From Macrostomum lignano (lineage: Eukaryota): a stretch of DNA of 64,000 bases. How positions within the stretch are numbered: the first letter of the stretch is position 1; each line of letters begins with the position of its first letter. Location of the stretch: positions 62,001-126,000 of the forward strand of contig NIVC01000283.1 of the NCBI GenBank assembly GCA_002269645.1. The letters run 5' to 3'. The notes below the pieces were generated by a model, which was not told where the DNA came from, did no database searches, and worked only from the letters and a program-made list of their open reading frames with translations. Shown piece by piece: positions 1-13,390 of the stretch. The translations under genes and the position numbers were made by a program.

Positions 1-167
1 GAAGCATAAAATAGAGATTACACTCTGCCGACTGCAGAGTGAGCACTGCACTAAGATACGACTCTGTCAAATCGGTAGCCTTGTCAAATTGTACACTGTT
101 GAGTTGTGAATAAGGAGAGGGAACTTCTGTGCTACAAAAATATTGTTCAATCCAGATTGTCCCTTAC

Positions 168-390
168 CCGCGCCATCATCGCCTCAGAAGATGTGACGAA
201 GTTCGCGTACTCCCTCCATGACCCTACTGGCACCGGCTCGGTCTCAGCTGCAACGGCTTGCCCACCATGCCCTCCAATCGCAGCCAGGAGATCGCGACGC
301 AGGCGCTGCATTTCTGCCCTCATCTGCTGCACTTGTTGCTCCATCTGAGACTTCAGCTCTACTCGGGTGATGTGCAGCTGCCGGAAGATG
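168..390 (-). CDS. Internal coding exon of an uncharacterised coiled-coil protein (gene extends beyond what can be resolved)
   Basis: Acceptor ctcaacag at 391-398 and donor GTAAGG at 167 flank an open 223-nt exon (IFRQLHITRVELKSQMEQQVQQMRAEMQRLRRDLL...YANFVTSSEAMMAR) with heptad-like character. No family recognised with confidence. Confidence 0.45.
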
Positions 391-715
391 CTGTTGAGGG
401 CAAAAGTTTGGCCTTCTAAGAGGGCAAAAGAAGGGCAGTCATGCGCTGTTCTCAATCCGGCCCTTGAGGTAAAAAGTTTGCTGATTCTTGCACTAAAAGC
501 ACTAGGCTTAGGCACATTAGATAAAAACTGAACTGAACATGAACTTTTATATCAGCTGGTACCCTTCGCTTCCAAGACTCACTAAAGCCAAAGCCGAAAA
601 CTGGATGACACTTGCTTGAAATTCAAAAAGGGCATTTGGAGGATCATGCAAAAAAGTGGGTGGGGGGCTTCAGCACCCCTGTGCCCCCCCCCCCCCGGTT
701 CCGACACCCCTGCGC

Positions 716-1335
716 AGATAGCAAGCATTTCCCTGGTAGCAAGCATTTCCTTGTACGGCTCGTAGCAAGCATCTCCTGATAGCAAGCATTTCCTGACAGC
801 AAGCATCCCCTGATAGCAAGCATTTCCTGATAGCAAGCATCCCCTGATAGCAAGCATTTCCTGATAGCAAGCATCCCCTGATAGCAAGCATTTCCTGATA
901 GCAAGCATTTCCTGATAGCAAGCATCCCCTGATAGCAAGCATTTCCTGATAGCAAGCATTTCCTGATAGCAAGCATTTCCTGATAGCAAGCATTTCCTGA
1001 TAGCAAGCATCCCCTGATAGCAAGCATTTCCTGATAGCAAGCATCCCCTGATAGCAAGCATTTCCTGATAGCAAGCATCCCCTGATAGCAAGCATCCCCT
1101 GATAGCAAGCATTTCCTGGTACGGCTCGTAGCAAGCATCCCCTGATAGCAAGCATCCGCCCAGCCCAGATAGCAAGCATCCCCCCAGCCCTAGCATTACT
1201 CCCCCAGATTAGCACCACCCACCCTCAGATTACCAGCACTCCGCCCAGATTAGCAAGCACTCCGCCCAGATTAGCACTCTGCCCAGTTAGCACTCTGCCC
1301 AGATTAGTACTCCACCCAGTAGCACTCCACCCGGA
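716..1335. repeat. 17-bp minisatellite (GATAGCAAGCATYYCCT) followed by a related CAGATTAGCACTCYGCC-type array
   Basis: Tandem units read directly (AGCAAGC at 781 and 798, period 17). Left flank ends in CCGGTTCCGACACCCCTG, a MITE-like terminus. Confidence 0.95.
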
Positions 1336-3247
1336 TGCTTGCCTCAGCTGCCACAATCTCGAATTGAGAAAATTAATATTTTCTCATTTCTCTAAAATAA
1401 ATAAATTTTATACAAATATCACCGCATACCTAGTTGTCTACTATGAGTAGTATGACTGGTTTGCAGACAGTTTGGCCACAGCATGACCAGCGCTTTGCCT
1501 CCTGTATGGCCAAGCCGAAGAAGTGCCATGCATTTTCCGAGGTTGAATTATCTTGCATTTTTATGTTAAACGATGTGATTAATGACAAAGCAGATACCTA
1601 TAATGGTGTTATAATGTCAAATAGGGGCATACGTAAGTTTTTGTAATGGCCACCATAAGGCCAACTGGCCATCGAATGGCCACCGGTGGCCCAAGCCATT
1701 TTTTTCCACTGGGTAGTAGAATTTGCCGAATTAGAAGTTAGCCTCCACTGGGGCATTGATTGCGATTTAATATATTTGAGATCCAAGCGTTCGCTCAAAG
1801 AGCAACATGCACTTAAGTATTGTGGATGTACACTAGCTTGATGTAGCTACATTATAAATAGACAAGGGCGCAATGCGAAAGGTAGAGTGGACTGCAACTA
1901 GTTAGATAGTTAATTAGTTATTTGTTAGTTATAACTACAGTATAAGAAGATAAGTCTGTAAATTATATTATTGAGATTTTATTTCAGGATTCCGGAACCG
2001 GATAAAAATCGATCGGGTCAATCGAAGCAAAGAAAAGTTACAAGGCAGATAAACAAATATGAGTCTTTAAATAGGCATCGCAAAAGTATCAAAAAAGAGC
2101 AGCAGGAAAGTTAAATTAAAACTATAAGACATTTATATAGACTTTGGGGTCGGGAAACAACACAAAAAACTAAGGCGCTAGCGAAGGCATTGCTAGTTTA
2201 ATCTAAAAAACACGTTAAAAACACGTCTATTTTAATGCAACGAATAGGTGCAATTTTGGGTGCTGGTTCGGTTCTCGAGCTGATCAAGGAATATTATTAA
2301 AGTTACATTTAATTGTAATTTTATAAATATAAAATAACATTTATTAACATTATTCATATATATCTAAGATATACAGAACATAGATCATATTTCTTTTGTA
2401 TTCTAACAACTTATCAATATCGACAGACAGAACTTTTTAGGAAGGAAGTTCCATTTCTGTCTCTCATACCTGCTATAGTCTCATTTTAGCACAACAGCCA
2501 ATATTTTTCTATAAAACTTGGCCTCCAATTGTCACTAGGGGGCCATACAGCTACCCTTCTTCCCTACCCCCAGTGGCACCTTGATTTTATATCCACACTT
2601 GAGCAGAAGACTCACATAGTCTGTGCAGATAAAACATTGCACATTTAGTCGAAGTTTGCAGAAAATAAAGACTACTCATTGTTGAGAAGATTGCTCAGGT
2701 GGCAATTATAAGTACTACTCAAGTAGAATGACGGTAAACAACATTTTGTTCAAAAAAGTTTTAGGAGACACCGAAAAAATTACATTGCGGAGAATGATGG
2801 TTTTCATTTTTTCAGCACAAAATTTGTTATTACCTTTTATAGAGGCAGACCCAATGTTCATCTTTTGATATGTCTTCACGTCTCATAGCTCTATTGATAC
2901 TCATAGAACAGAATTATTCTTAGTTAGCTAGTTCATTATTCTTAACTGACTGCGTTAAAAAATGTGAAACAGAATGACAAAATAGATTCACATTCGAAAA
3001 GCCCTATGAATATCAATAGGGATCGGGAAGACATATCGAAAGATAAACAATTGATCATATATCAAATGCAATAACAATATTCGGGGCTAAATACGCTCCT
3101 ATACGAAAGTTTCCGGTTGCCGCCATAGAATTTTGCCTCCCTAACTAAACCTGCCTTCTAAAATTTTCCAAGAAACCTAATAGTTCCCGTCTTTCTACTT
3201 GAGTATGTAAACCGGCCGTCATTGGGACACTGTAAAGTACATGCAGC

Positions 3248-4277
3248 TCAAGGAAGCAGATTGAAAAAAGCGCGAATCTGCTGCTCGGTCAGTGAGCCGT
3301 TGGCAATGGCGATGGCGCTCACCGTGCCCTGCAGGGTGAAGTTTACCGATGGAGTCTGGTATCTGCCGATCAGAATCGCCGGGCAGAAGAGCTGCGAGTA
3401 TGAAGCACCGACGTTTCGAGTCACGTTGTAGTCAAAGGACGAGCCACTGAACAGATTGCTGCTGATAGCGTCGGCGCCAATGCTGACTGCGATGTTCACC
3501 CATGAGCTGGAGCTGCTGGTAAGAAATTCACCAGAGGAGTGCAAGAGGACTTTCTGAGCCAGCCTGTTGCTCGTGCCGAAATAAAGTTTGTTGGCAGAAT
3601 TAAATTCAACAAAAAATGGACCGATAATAGAGAAATCCGAACACGAAACCACTGCTATGAAAGGCTGGACCCTCGGCTCCCTTTTGAGCCTCATCAGCCA
3701 AGTAAAGCCGGTAAAAGTATCGATAGAGACGAATCGGCTGTCGTTGAGCAGCGCGTACGACGATGTCCCGTCGAAGCGGGCGCCCTCCTCAGTCCACTGC
3801 AGGTTCGCGCTCTCCAGTCGGTGGCTGCCGCTGTCGCTCTGGCACACCAGGTTGCTGAACCGGCTGCTCCCACCTGCCAGCCACACGCCCACCAGCTGAG
3901 CGTCGAGCGAGGCGTCGCAGCTCGCCAACGACAACGCGCGATACACCGAGCACTGCGACTGCTGCACTGCAGCTCCAGCTCCGATCGCGACGGCACCGCT
4001 TGCCTGCATCGTGCGACACACCTGCTGGTAGTGGAAGAGCGAGCACACACCTGTCTGCTTGTTCCACTCAAGCACCAGGTCGTCAGGCTCGCTGCTCGCT
4101 TTCAACACGCAGGCTTGCAGGCTTTGCGAGCTCCATCGAGTCAGCGCCGAGGTCTCGTTGAGGCAGTGCGGCATCCGGTACTGGCACCAGCGCCTGCTGC
4201 AGCTCGTTGCGACTCAGCCCGATGAAAAGGCAGAGGAGCAGCTGAATTACTGGAGCGATAATTTTGCTGTTGGTCAT
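3248..4277 (-). pseudogene. Secreted PAN/Apple-like + LamG-like (concanavalin A fold) protein, copy 1, with a 1-nt frameshift in the signal peptide (pseudogene or assembly error)
   Basis: ATG at 4277 gives MTNSKIIAPVIQLLLCLFIGL. The homologous frame (VATSCSRRWCQYRMPHC...) has an upstream TGA and needs a frameshift near 4213. LamG_3-like motifs: LVGVW, FDGTSSYALL, FTWLMRL, LIG...LQGTVSAIAIANGSLTEQQI. Paralog of 9011-10054. Confidence 0.7.
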
Positions 4278-5453
4278 CTCATTAACTGCAGCTGTTTCGG
4301 TAAATAGTTATAGTATTTTACTCTTTCTTGTATTCGTTTCGAATTTGGACCTTCAATTGAGTGTCCTTGTTACTCCGCTTGACAGAAATGAGCGGCTGGA
4401 GGTTTCGTGCTGGTCTGAAAAAGTTTTGAGCGCATTTTCGGCTGCTTTTTTCCACGGGTTTTATTTGCTCTGCCTCAGCGTTTGTGGGAAGCAGCTGAAG
4501 CAGCCGTCCCCCCCTGTGCCTCCAACACCCCCAGAGCCCCTCCGCCAGCTGCCGGCATTCAATGGGGCCAGTTGGATTTTTTGTTTTATTTCTCTCCAAC
4601 TGAATATCCACCGGCAGTTCTGCTACCATCAATTCTGAAAAGCCCATTTGATTTTATTCTATAACGTTAATTATTGAGTAGCTTGTTGAGCTGCCACACG
4701 GCAAGAAACTATTTTTAGGCAAATCTTCATAAACAACTGCGCAGACTTTTACCGGTTAAGGGGTGGCTACTCTTTGGCACCTAATACAGAGCCATACCAT
4801 AAGAGAGTCAATGATCAACTCTACCTTAACCCCAAATGAATCTTTGCAATTAGGATTTTTTCCAAGCCTACTGGACTAACTAATTTCCCCTGCTCAAGGG
4901 CGCTGGGGGAGATGAACTTTTCCTTGAGTAAAAAAGGCTGAAATGAAAAACATCACGTGATTGCAACTAGTCGCTTCATTCTTCTTTGGCGAGGCTTCAA
5001 GACGGATGCCATAGTTACTAACAACTGCAGGGCAACTGCAACTACAATAGCTCTTAAGAATCCATTATGTCAGCTGCTAGGAATTCACGGAACAATGGTA
5101 ACTGGAAGACTTGCCAGTTAATATTAATTGGAATCTTGACAGGAAATTTTTGTGAAATTGGATTTTTTCGCTAATTACTTCCGCGGTATACTTGAATACC
5201 TTTAGTCCGGACAGTACTACTCTGAAATATATCTGCAGATTGTTTCAAACCTTTTACCAATTTGATTAATAAATATTTGGAGGCTTTTAATAGACTATAA
5301 CTATTTGAAAGAAGCATTTATTACTTGTTTTATGTACAATTCACCAATAAATACCGATAATTAAATGGTTCAATCCAAAGCCCGAAACTAATATCTGGCA
5401 CAATTATTATGTAGAAGCCGTCCCAAAAATACATCTAGATAGAGGTGCATGCG

Positions 5454-6530
5454 TGCTAGATTGGTATGGGTATTCTAGATTGGGATGGGTGTGCTAGATT
5501 GGGATGGGTATTCTAGATTGGGATGGGTATGCTAGATTGGGATGGGTATTCTATATTGGAATGGGTGTGCTAGATTGGGATGGGTGTTCTAGATTGGGAT
5601 GGGTGTGCTAGATTGGGATGGGTGTGCTAGATTGGGATGGGTGTGCTAGATTGGGATGGGTGTGCTAGATTGGGATGGGTATGCTAGATTGGGATGGGTG
5701 TGCTAGATTGGGATGGGTGTGCTAGATTGGGATGGGTATGCTAGATTGGGATGGGTATTCTAGATTGGGATGGGTATGCTAGATTGGGATGGGTATTCTA
5801 TATTGGAATGGGTGTGCTAGATTGGGATGGGTGTTCTAGATTGGGATGGGTGTGCTAGATTGGGATGGGTGTGCTAGATTGGGATGGGTGTGCTAGATTG
5901 GGATGGGTATGCTAGATTGGGATGGGTGTGCTAGATTGGGATGGGTGTGCTAGATTGGGATGGGTGTGCTAGATTGGGATGGGTATGCTAGATTGGGATG
6001 GGTGTGCTAGATTGGGATGGGTGTGCTAGATTGGGATGGGTATGCTAGATTGGGATGGGTATTCTAGATTGGGATGGGTATGCTAGATTGGGATGGGTAT
6101 TCTATATTGAATGGGTGTGCTAGATTGGGATGGGTGTTCTAGATTGGGATGGGTGTGCTAGATTGGGATGGGTGTGCTAGATTGGGATGGGTGTGCTAGA
6201 TTGGGATGGGCGTGCTAGATTTGGATGGGTGTGCTAGATTGGGATGGGTGTTCTAGATTGGGATGGGTGTGCTAGATTGGGATGGGTGTGCTAGATTGGG
6301 ATGGGTGTTCTAGATTGGGATGGGTGTGCTAGATTGGGATGGGTGTGCTAGATTGGGACAGGTGTGATAGATCGGGACAGGTATGCTAGATCGGGAAAGG
6401 TGTGCTAGATTGGGATGGGTGTGCTAGATTGGGACAGGTGTGATAGATCGGGACAGGTATGCTAGATCGGGAAAGGTGTGCTAGATAGATCGGAATAGGG
6501 GTCTGCTAGATTGAGACAGGTGCTAGATCG
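5454..6530. repeat. 19-bp minisatellite GCTAGATTGGGATGGGTRT
   Basis: About 55 tandem units read directly, degenerating to GGGACAGG variants at the right end. Confidence 0.97.
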
Positions 6531-6932
6531 GGACATTCATTTAATGCAAGACTGCACTGGTTTTGCAGGCACTTCCCCAATTTTATTTGATAAAAATTCT
6601 GGCTGTAAATCTCTCTCAACTTTATTCTTTGCGGTCTCAGGCTTTCACAATTTTCACAATATTCACAATTTACTAGTTTAGCGTCTTACCTTGGTTAGCA
6701 ATGTATTTTGAAGGTGCCACATCTTAGGCATTTTACCTGCACCGGTCTTTGCGAAACCTGTAAAATGCATATGTTGCGATGGAACTTCAATATGACGCTT
6801 TCAGTTAAGTTTTGAAGGAAAACTGCTGCAACAGTCACTGGGTTAGGGCACGGACATAAGCAGACAGAGAGCCGCCCGCGTCAGCCAGCACGAAAGGAAA
6901 CACGAAAACGAAAGGCAGACTATACCCGGTGA

Positions 6933-8152
6933 AAACGGTACCCAGGCCAAGAAGCGTCCCTGAGTCACTTGCGTCGCCCCAGAGTCGTTGCAGACGCGTT
7001 GCAGATGACAGGTCAAATACGAGGTCAAACGTAGAAAACACAGCGTCGCTGTAGAGCTGGAGTCGATGAGCATGCATTTTCTATTCGAAATGGCGATCCA
7101 ACAGTCTGTTTGAGGCCGGTAGTACCGACTCTGTAACGCGTCCAGAACGCCTCAGAAGTGACGCACTAACGATTCTACAGTGAAGCTAAAGCGCTTCTTC
7201 TGCGACTTTTATGCAACTGCAGAATGCCGCTGAAACGCCGGAAATGTGACTCTAATTCATCAAGCCACGCAAATACGCTTCAAACACAACTCAGTGACTC
7301 TGATGCGACTCTGGAACGCCTCACATACGACTCTACGGCTCCAGAATCGTTGTACCGTCGCCCCAGAGTCACTAGAGTCGCCCCAGAGTCACTAGAGTCG
7401 CCCTAGAGTCACTAGAGTCGCCCCAGAGTCACTAGAGTCGCCCCAGAGTCACTAGAGTTGCCCTAGAATCACTAGAGTCGCCCTAGAATCACTAGAGTCG
7501 CCCCAGAATCACTAGAGTCGCCCCAGAATCACTAGAGTCGCCCCAGAGTCACTAGAGTCGCCCCAGAGTCACTAGAGTCGCCCCAGAGTCACTAGAGTCG
7601 CCCCAGAATCACTAGAGTCGCCCCAGAGTCACTAGAGTCGCCCCAGAGTCACTAGAGTCGCCCCAGAGTCACTAGAGTCGCCCCAGAATCACTAGAGTCG
7701 CCCCAGAATCACTAGAGTCGCCCCAGAGTCACTAGAGTCGCCCCAAAGTCGCCCCAGAGTCACTAGAGTCGCCCCAGAGTCACTAGAGTCGCCCCAGAAT
7801 CACTAGAGTCGCCCCAGAGTCACTAGAGTCGCCCCAGAGTCACTAGAGTCGCCCCAGAATCACTAGAGTCGCCCCAGAGTCACTAGAGTCGCCCCAGAGT
7901 CACTAGAGTCGCCCCAGAGTCACTAGAGTCGCCCCAAAGTCACTAGAGTCGCCCAGAGTCACTAGAGTCGCCCCAGAATAGAGTCACTAGAGTCGCCCCA
8001 GAATTTTTGGCGACTTGTACCGGGAAATCTCGTCGTTTTAGAGTCGTTTAGAGTCACTTCTTTTCTATTTGACCTGTCATCTGCAACGCGTCTGCAACGA
8101 CTCTGGGGCGACGCAAGTGACTCCGGGACGCTTCTTGGCCTGGGTACCGTTT
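6933..8152. mobile_element. Non-autonomous TIR element (MITE/foldback-like) with an internal 20-bp satellite
   Basis: 87-bp inverted repeats at 6933-7019 and 8066-8152 with one mismatch (AAACGGTACCCAGGCCAAGAAGCGTCCC...). No ORF inside. A related copy lies at 43.3-43.9 kb. Confidence 0.75.
7357..8002. repeat. 20-bp minisatellite GAGTCGCCCCAGAGTCACTA
   Basis: About 32 tandem units. The core GTCGCCCCAGAGTC also occurs once in each TIR of the surrounding element. Confidence 0.97.
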
Positions 8153-9010
8153 GTTGAATGCATGCATGTATTTTAGAAGAAAAGCTTGGAAACTTTGATT
8201 TTGACACAACTCGTAATGGCAAATTAAAGGGCCTGTCAACTTGAGCTCATAAAGTGTACATAACAGTCCTTAAATTATTTACAGTTCCAAATTTGTCGCT
8301 TTTTTGCCAAACTTAGCTTTCTGGAGTCACGACTGTGAGCAGAATGACGTATCATTTGCATATATCGGTTACTCGATCGGGCTCCATTTTATCAGCTTAA
8401 GTCGACAGGCCCTATCCTCGTTACCGAACAGAGCCCACGAGCTACACAGCTTTCTGTTTAAAAACAGACTCTAAACATAGCGGCAACACTGAAAGACGAA
8501 AGACGAGTCTGATTGGGTGTGAGTGCGAGTGGCTGGATGGATCTTAAAGCCAGAATTTGAGAATGATGATGTCGAGTCTTCACGTCAGCTATTCTCTTTG
8601 GTAATAAGACATGCCGGGATCCAAGAATGAATCAATTATTTGGTAAAAAGTAAGTATGGCTTTTGCAAACAATGCAAACGCCAAAAAACTGACACTCATC
8701 GACTATGTAAAAAGGGCTTATCGCTTGCAATGAGTGCCCAGCAGAATCCACAACCCAACAAGTCAAATAGCCAGTTTCCTTGTAATACATGTCTATTTGA
8801 AGTATTTGAGCTTGTTCAACGACAGCTGTGCAAAGCAGGCCTGCAAACACTCTTAGCTATATCAATCATTCGAGTGTCTTTCTTATTTAAGGAAACCCTC
8901 CAGCATTCTCAACGGCTCTTCTGCTATTCTGCAACTGCGGCCTTAGCTTCAGCTATCGGTTCTGTTGTCGAAAATTCTGACTGTCCATCAGTTTTAAAAT
9001 TCGCACCTAA

Positions 9011-10054
9011 ATGAGAACAAAAGATATCTTTGCTTTCCTGATGGTGCTTTTATTGGCAGTGGGAAAGGGCACGTCTAAAAGCAGCTGCGGCAGGCGCTGG
9101 TGCCAGTACCGGATGCCGCACTGCCTCAACGAGACCTCGGCGCTGACTCGATGGAGCTCGCAAAGCCTGCAAGCCTGCGTGTTGAAAGCGAGCAGCGAGC
9201 CTGACGACCTGGTGCTTGAGTGGAACAAGCAGACAGGTGTGTGCTCGCTCTTCCACTACCAGCAGGTGTGTCGCACGATGCAGGCAAGCGGTGCCGTCGC
9301 GATCGGAGCTGGAGCTGCAGTGCAGCAGTCGCAGTGCTCGGTGTATCGTGCGTTGTCGTTGGCGAGCTGCGACGCCTCGCTCGACGCTCAGCTGGTGGGC
9401 GTGTGGCTGGCAGGATGGAGCAGCCGGTTCAGCAACCTGGTGTGCCAGAACGACAGCGGCGGCGGCGGCGGCCACCGACTAGAGAGCGCGAACCTGCAGT
9501 GGACTGAGGAGGGCGCCAGCTTCGACGGGACATCGTCGTACGCGCTGCTCAACGACAGTCGCTTCGTCTCGAGCGACCCGTCGGCCAGCTTCACGTGGCT
9601 GATGAGGCTCAGGAGGGAGCCGAAGGTCCAGCCATTCTTAGAAGCCGTTTCCTGCTCAGACATGAGCTCCTTCGGACCTCATCTTTGGGAACATAATTCC
9701 GCAAATAGACTGTACTTCAACAAAGCGGGTCCCTCCTCAGACAGCAGAAACTTTTTATTCTACTCCCAAACTATAAATCTGCTGCCAGCGAGCAGTAAAG
9801 CGTGGATCAACATTGGAGTCTCCGTGAAATTTGGCGAAGTATCTTCATCAGCACTTTTTTATGACGGCAGCTTTGTAGAGGCCGGTGGAATTCGCAGCGT
9901 TGCAAATACTTTTCATTCCTGCCTTGTCCTGTCGGTGGGCCGCCGGTTCTCCGGAAGCGGCTCGACTCTGCGAGGCACCGTGAGAGCTGTGGGGCTGGCC
10001 AACGCCTCAATGACGGAAAAGCAGATTGTCGAGTTCTTTCGCCAGTTGCCATGA
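9011..10054 (+). CDS. Secreted PAN/Apple-like + LamG-like (concanavalin A fold) protein, copy 2, intact, 347 aa, single exon
   Basis: Hydrophobic signal peptide MRTKDIFAFLMVLLLAVG; Cys-containing module SLQACVLKA...EWNKQTGVCSLF; LamG_3-like motifs LVGVW, FDGTSSYALL, SFTWLMRL, LSVG...LRGTVRAVGLANASMTEKQI. Domain names come from motif recognition, not a search. Confidence 0.8.
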   Translation: MRTKDIFAFLMVLLLAVGKGTSKSSCGRRWCQYRMPHCLNETSALTRWSSQSLQACVLKASSEPDDLVLEWNKQTGVCSLFHYQQVCRTMQASGAVAIGAGAAVQQSQCSVYRALSLASCDASLDAQLVGVWLAGWSSRFSNLVCQNDSGGGGGHRLESANLQWTEEGASFDGTSSYALLNDSRFVSSDPSASFTWLMRLRREPKVQPFLEAVSCSDMSSFGPHLWEHNSANRLYFNKAGPSSDSRNFLFYSQTINLLPASSKAWINIGVSVKFGEVSSSALFYDGSFVEAGGIRSVANTFHSCLVLSVGRRFSGSGSTLRGTVRAVGLANASMTEKQIVEFFRQLP

Positions 10055-10699
10055 TACAATTGACCGCATAAAAATACTTCGATTATACTTCGAACTTGTA
10101 GCTACTTCGATTACAGGAAATAGTAAATAAACAATATGATCGCCACTAAGGCTATTAAATTCTCGATAAAAAAAGTGGCAGTTGTGCTTCAGCGATCACT
10201 CAGTTTTATTCACTGAGGTTAAACTCAATTTTATACATGAAAATTTTCGTTAATTTAGTCTGAAGAGGCGCTTGTTGATTTTAGAAAATATTGAATATTT
10301 TATTTAGCTGTCCATCTTGAAGTCATTAGCAGATATAACTGTGGGACACTGGTATGTAACTGGATTGACCATTGACCATGCAGGGACAGAGAGGACTTCA
10401 TCTGGTACATGTATTCTTACGCTCGTGAGTCTCTTATTAAAATAAAAAAAATAAAAATAAAAAAGAAATATTTATTGATCTAACTAATGTCACACTTCCT
10501 CTCGAAATTGAGTCAAAATTTTCGCTGTTTTAAATTGAATTTATTCGGCCTGGAGTTCAGCATAAAAACAAAAAGTAAATCGAAAGTGTTATTGCTCCAC
10601 TGAAAAAGAGGGAATTAACAGAAGGGGCACTGCAGCCAACCAATCAAAATATCAAAAGTTGACGCGGATTAACATGGAATTCCAGTGACCGCGAGGCCA

Positions 10700-11250
10700 C
10701 TAGATGACGGAACTACTTTACTCGGCGCGGATGATGTGGCCTGCCAGGCTGTTGAGTCGCCTTCACGATGCAACATGTTTGGTTCAACGTGACGATACAG
10801 CGCGCAGTACGTTGGTAACTCGCTCGTTGCCGATCTCACTATCTTTCAGGAGTCCGCCAGCGTCCAGGTCTCAGCATTGCAAGAGGCAGGGCACATGCTA
10901 GCTAGTCTTGACCACTACCGAAACTTGTGGTCAGTCAAGCTGAACCTTCGGACTTGCATACAGTATATGACGTCGATGCTCACAGAACAAAAGGACAAGA
11001 CTCGACCCAGTCAAGCCCGCATCGACAGCTCGTATAGCGGATGTTAAGTTGAGAACCAGAATGGAAGTTTCCTCGCCAGCATATATTGACACAATCAGCC
11101 TATAAATGTCATCCCGCCGGGACGCAGAGCACAACGGTTCTTCTGCGTGTTGACCCACTATAGGCCGACACTCGCCGCAACAACAGCTAGCAACCAAATT
11201 GTCCAGCACCGGCCTTGACAGTTTGAGAACAGCAGGCAGTGCGAGATCGT
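10700..11250 (+). mobile_element. Highly decayed RTE-like non-LTR reverse transcriptase fragment
   Basis: Across frames: LLY/GADDVA-LLSRLHDATCLVQR (YADD-like), YRNLWSVKLNLR, and RIDSSYS-RMLS...RQHI, matching the RTE pattern RLDGxYTRMLR...WRQHITN. Many stops and frameshifts. Confidence 0.45.
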
Positions 11251-11460
11251 CGGCTCAGACATATATGGAAGCAGAGTTTATTAAGTCACTATAAATTAGT
11301 GCATAAAAGAAACTATAAGTACACACAATATACCGCGATATACAGATATAGTTGAAACGAAGAAAGATACTGCAGATTTTTCGTGAGTGTATCATAATTT
11401 TAATGACTCGACTAATTAACTCTCAGTAATGCCAAAATGTCACGTCAGTCAGCAGCGCAG

Positions 11461-11915
11461 ATACTAGAATGACTAGATAGGCCACTCAGGCACATATACT
11501 TAGTCAAAATGCAGCTTTTATTTGTCTACTTTCAGTTCAGTAGCAAAGAAGAATACACGTAGGCTAGCTATTTTATAAAAATAAATTAAGACAACTGAAA
11601 TAACTTTGATAAGCTTAGAAGCCCAAAGCTAGCTTGCAGGCGTAAACAACTTGAGAATTGGTTCAGCAATAATATGTACGAATGTGCATTAGCGCAGTTT
11701 ACTGAAATGTACGTGGCAGCTTTAAGCTGGAATTCTGAGAAAGGCAATAAAAATTGCGGTGGGGCGGGGGTAGTGTGCGGAAAGGCGCGGGGATAAGAGC
11801 CAAAATAAGCCTGATTGGCATTAAAATACATTAAAATACTTCAGTTTAACTTACTACTGAACTGAAAATAGCTTATAAGCAAATGTGCTGAGTGGCCCAT
11901 CTAGTTATTCTAGCA
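11461..11915. mobile_element. Degenerate MITE-like element
   Basis: Imperfect inverted repeats: ATACTAGAATGACTAGATAGGCCACTCAG...TTCAGTTCAGTAG (11461-11543) and its reverse complement at about 11852-11915. Confidence 0.5.
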
Positions 11916-11939
11916 TAAGAGTTTAAAATCTGAAGTTTT

Positions 11940-13170
<1,231 letters not shown>

Positions 13171-13390
13171 AAGTGCAAAGCCCCTTCTAGTCGGAAGCCC
13201 GATTTCGAGAGTCCCGGTGTGGTGAGCCAGGGCGCACGGGCTGGTGGCAGCAAGTTAGTTAATCTGCGGATTAGCTAATTTCTACTTTCAAAATTCCTCT
13301 CTTAGCTACAGGACCTAGACTGCTCGCCACACGATCAAGCTACCATGGGGCTGACCATCTGACAGGAGTGGGGGGCCAGGACTCTAATTG

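Noticed and set aside
582-1218. Three overlapping 160-200 aa Cys-rich ORFs
   Set aside because: They are translations of the 17-bp minisatellite in different frames.
3539-4225. Antisense and alternative-frame ORFs over the lectin genes, LINE and DNAAF9 large exon
   Set aside because: These are shadow ORFs expected in GC-rich coding DNA, with no independent motifs.
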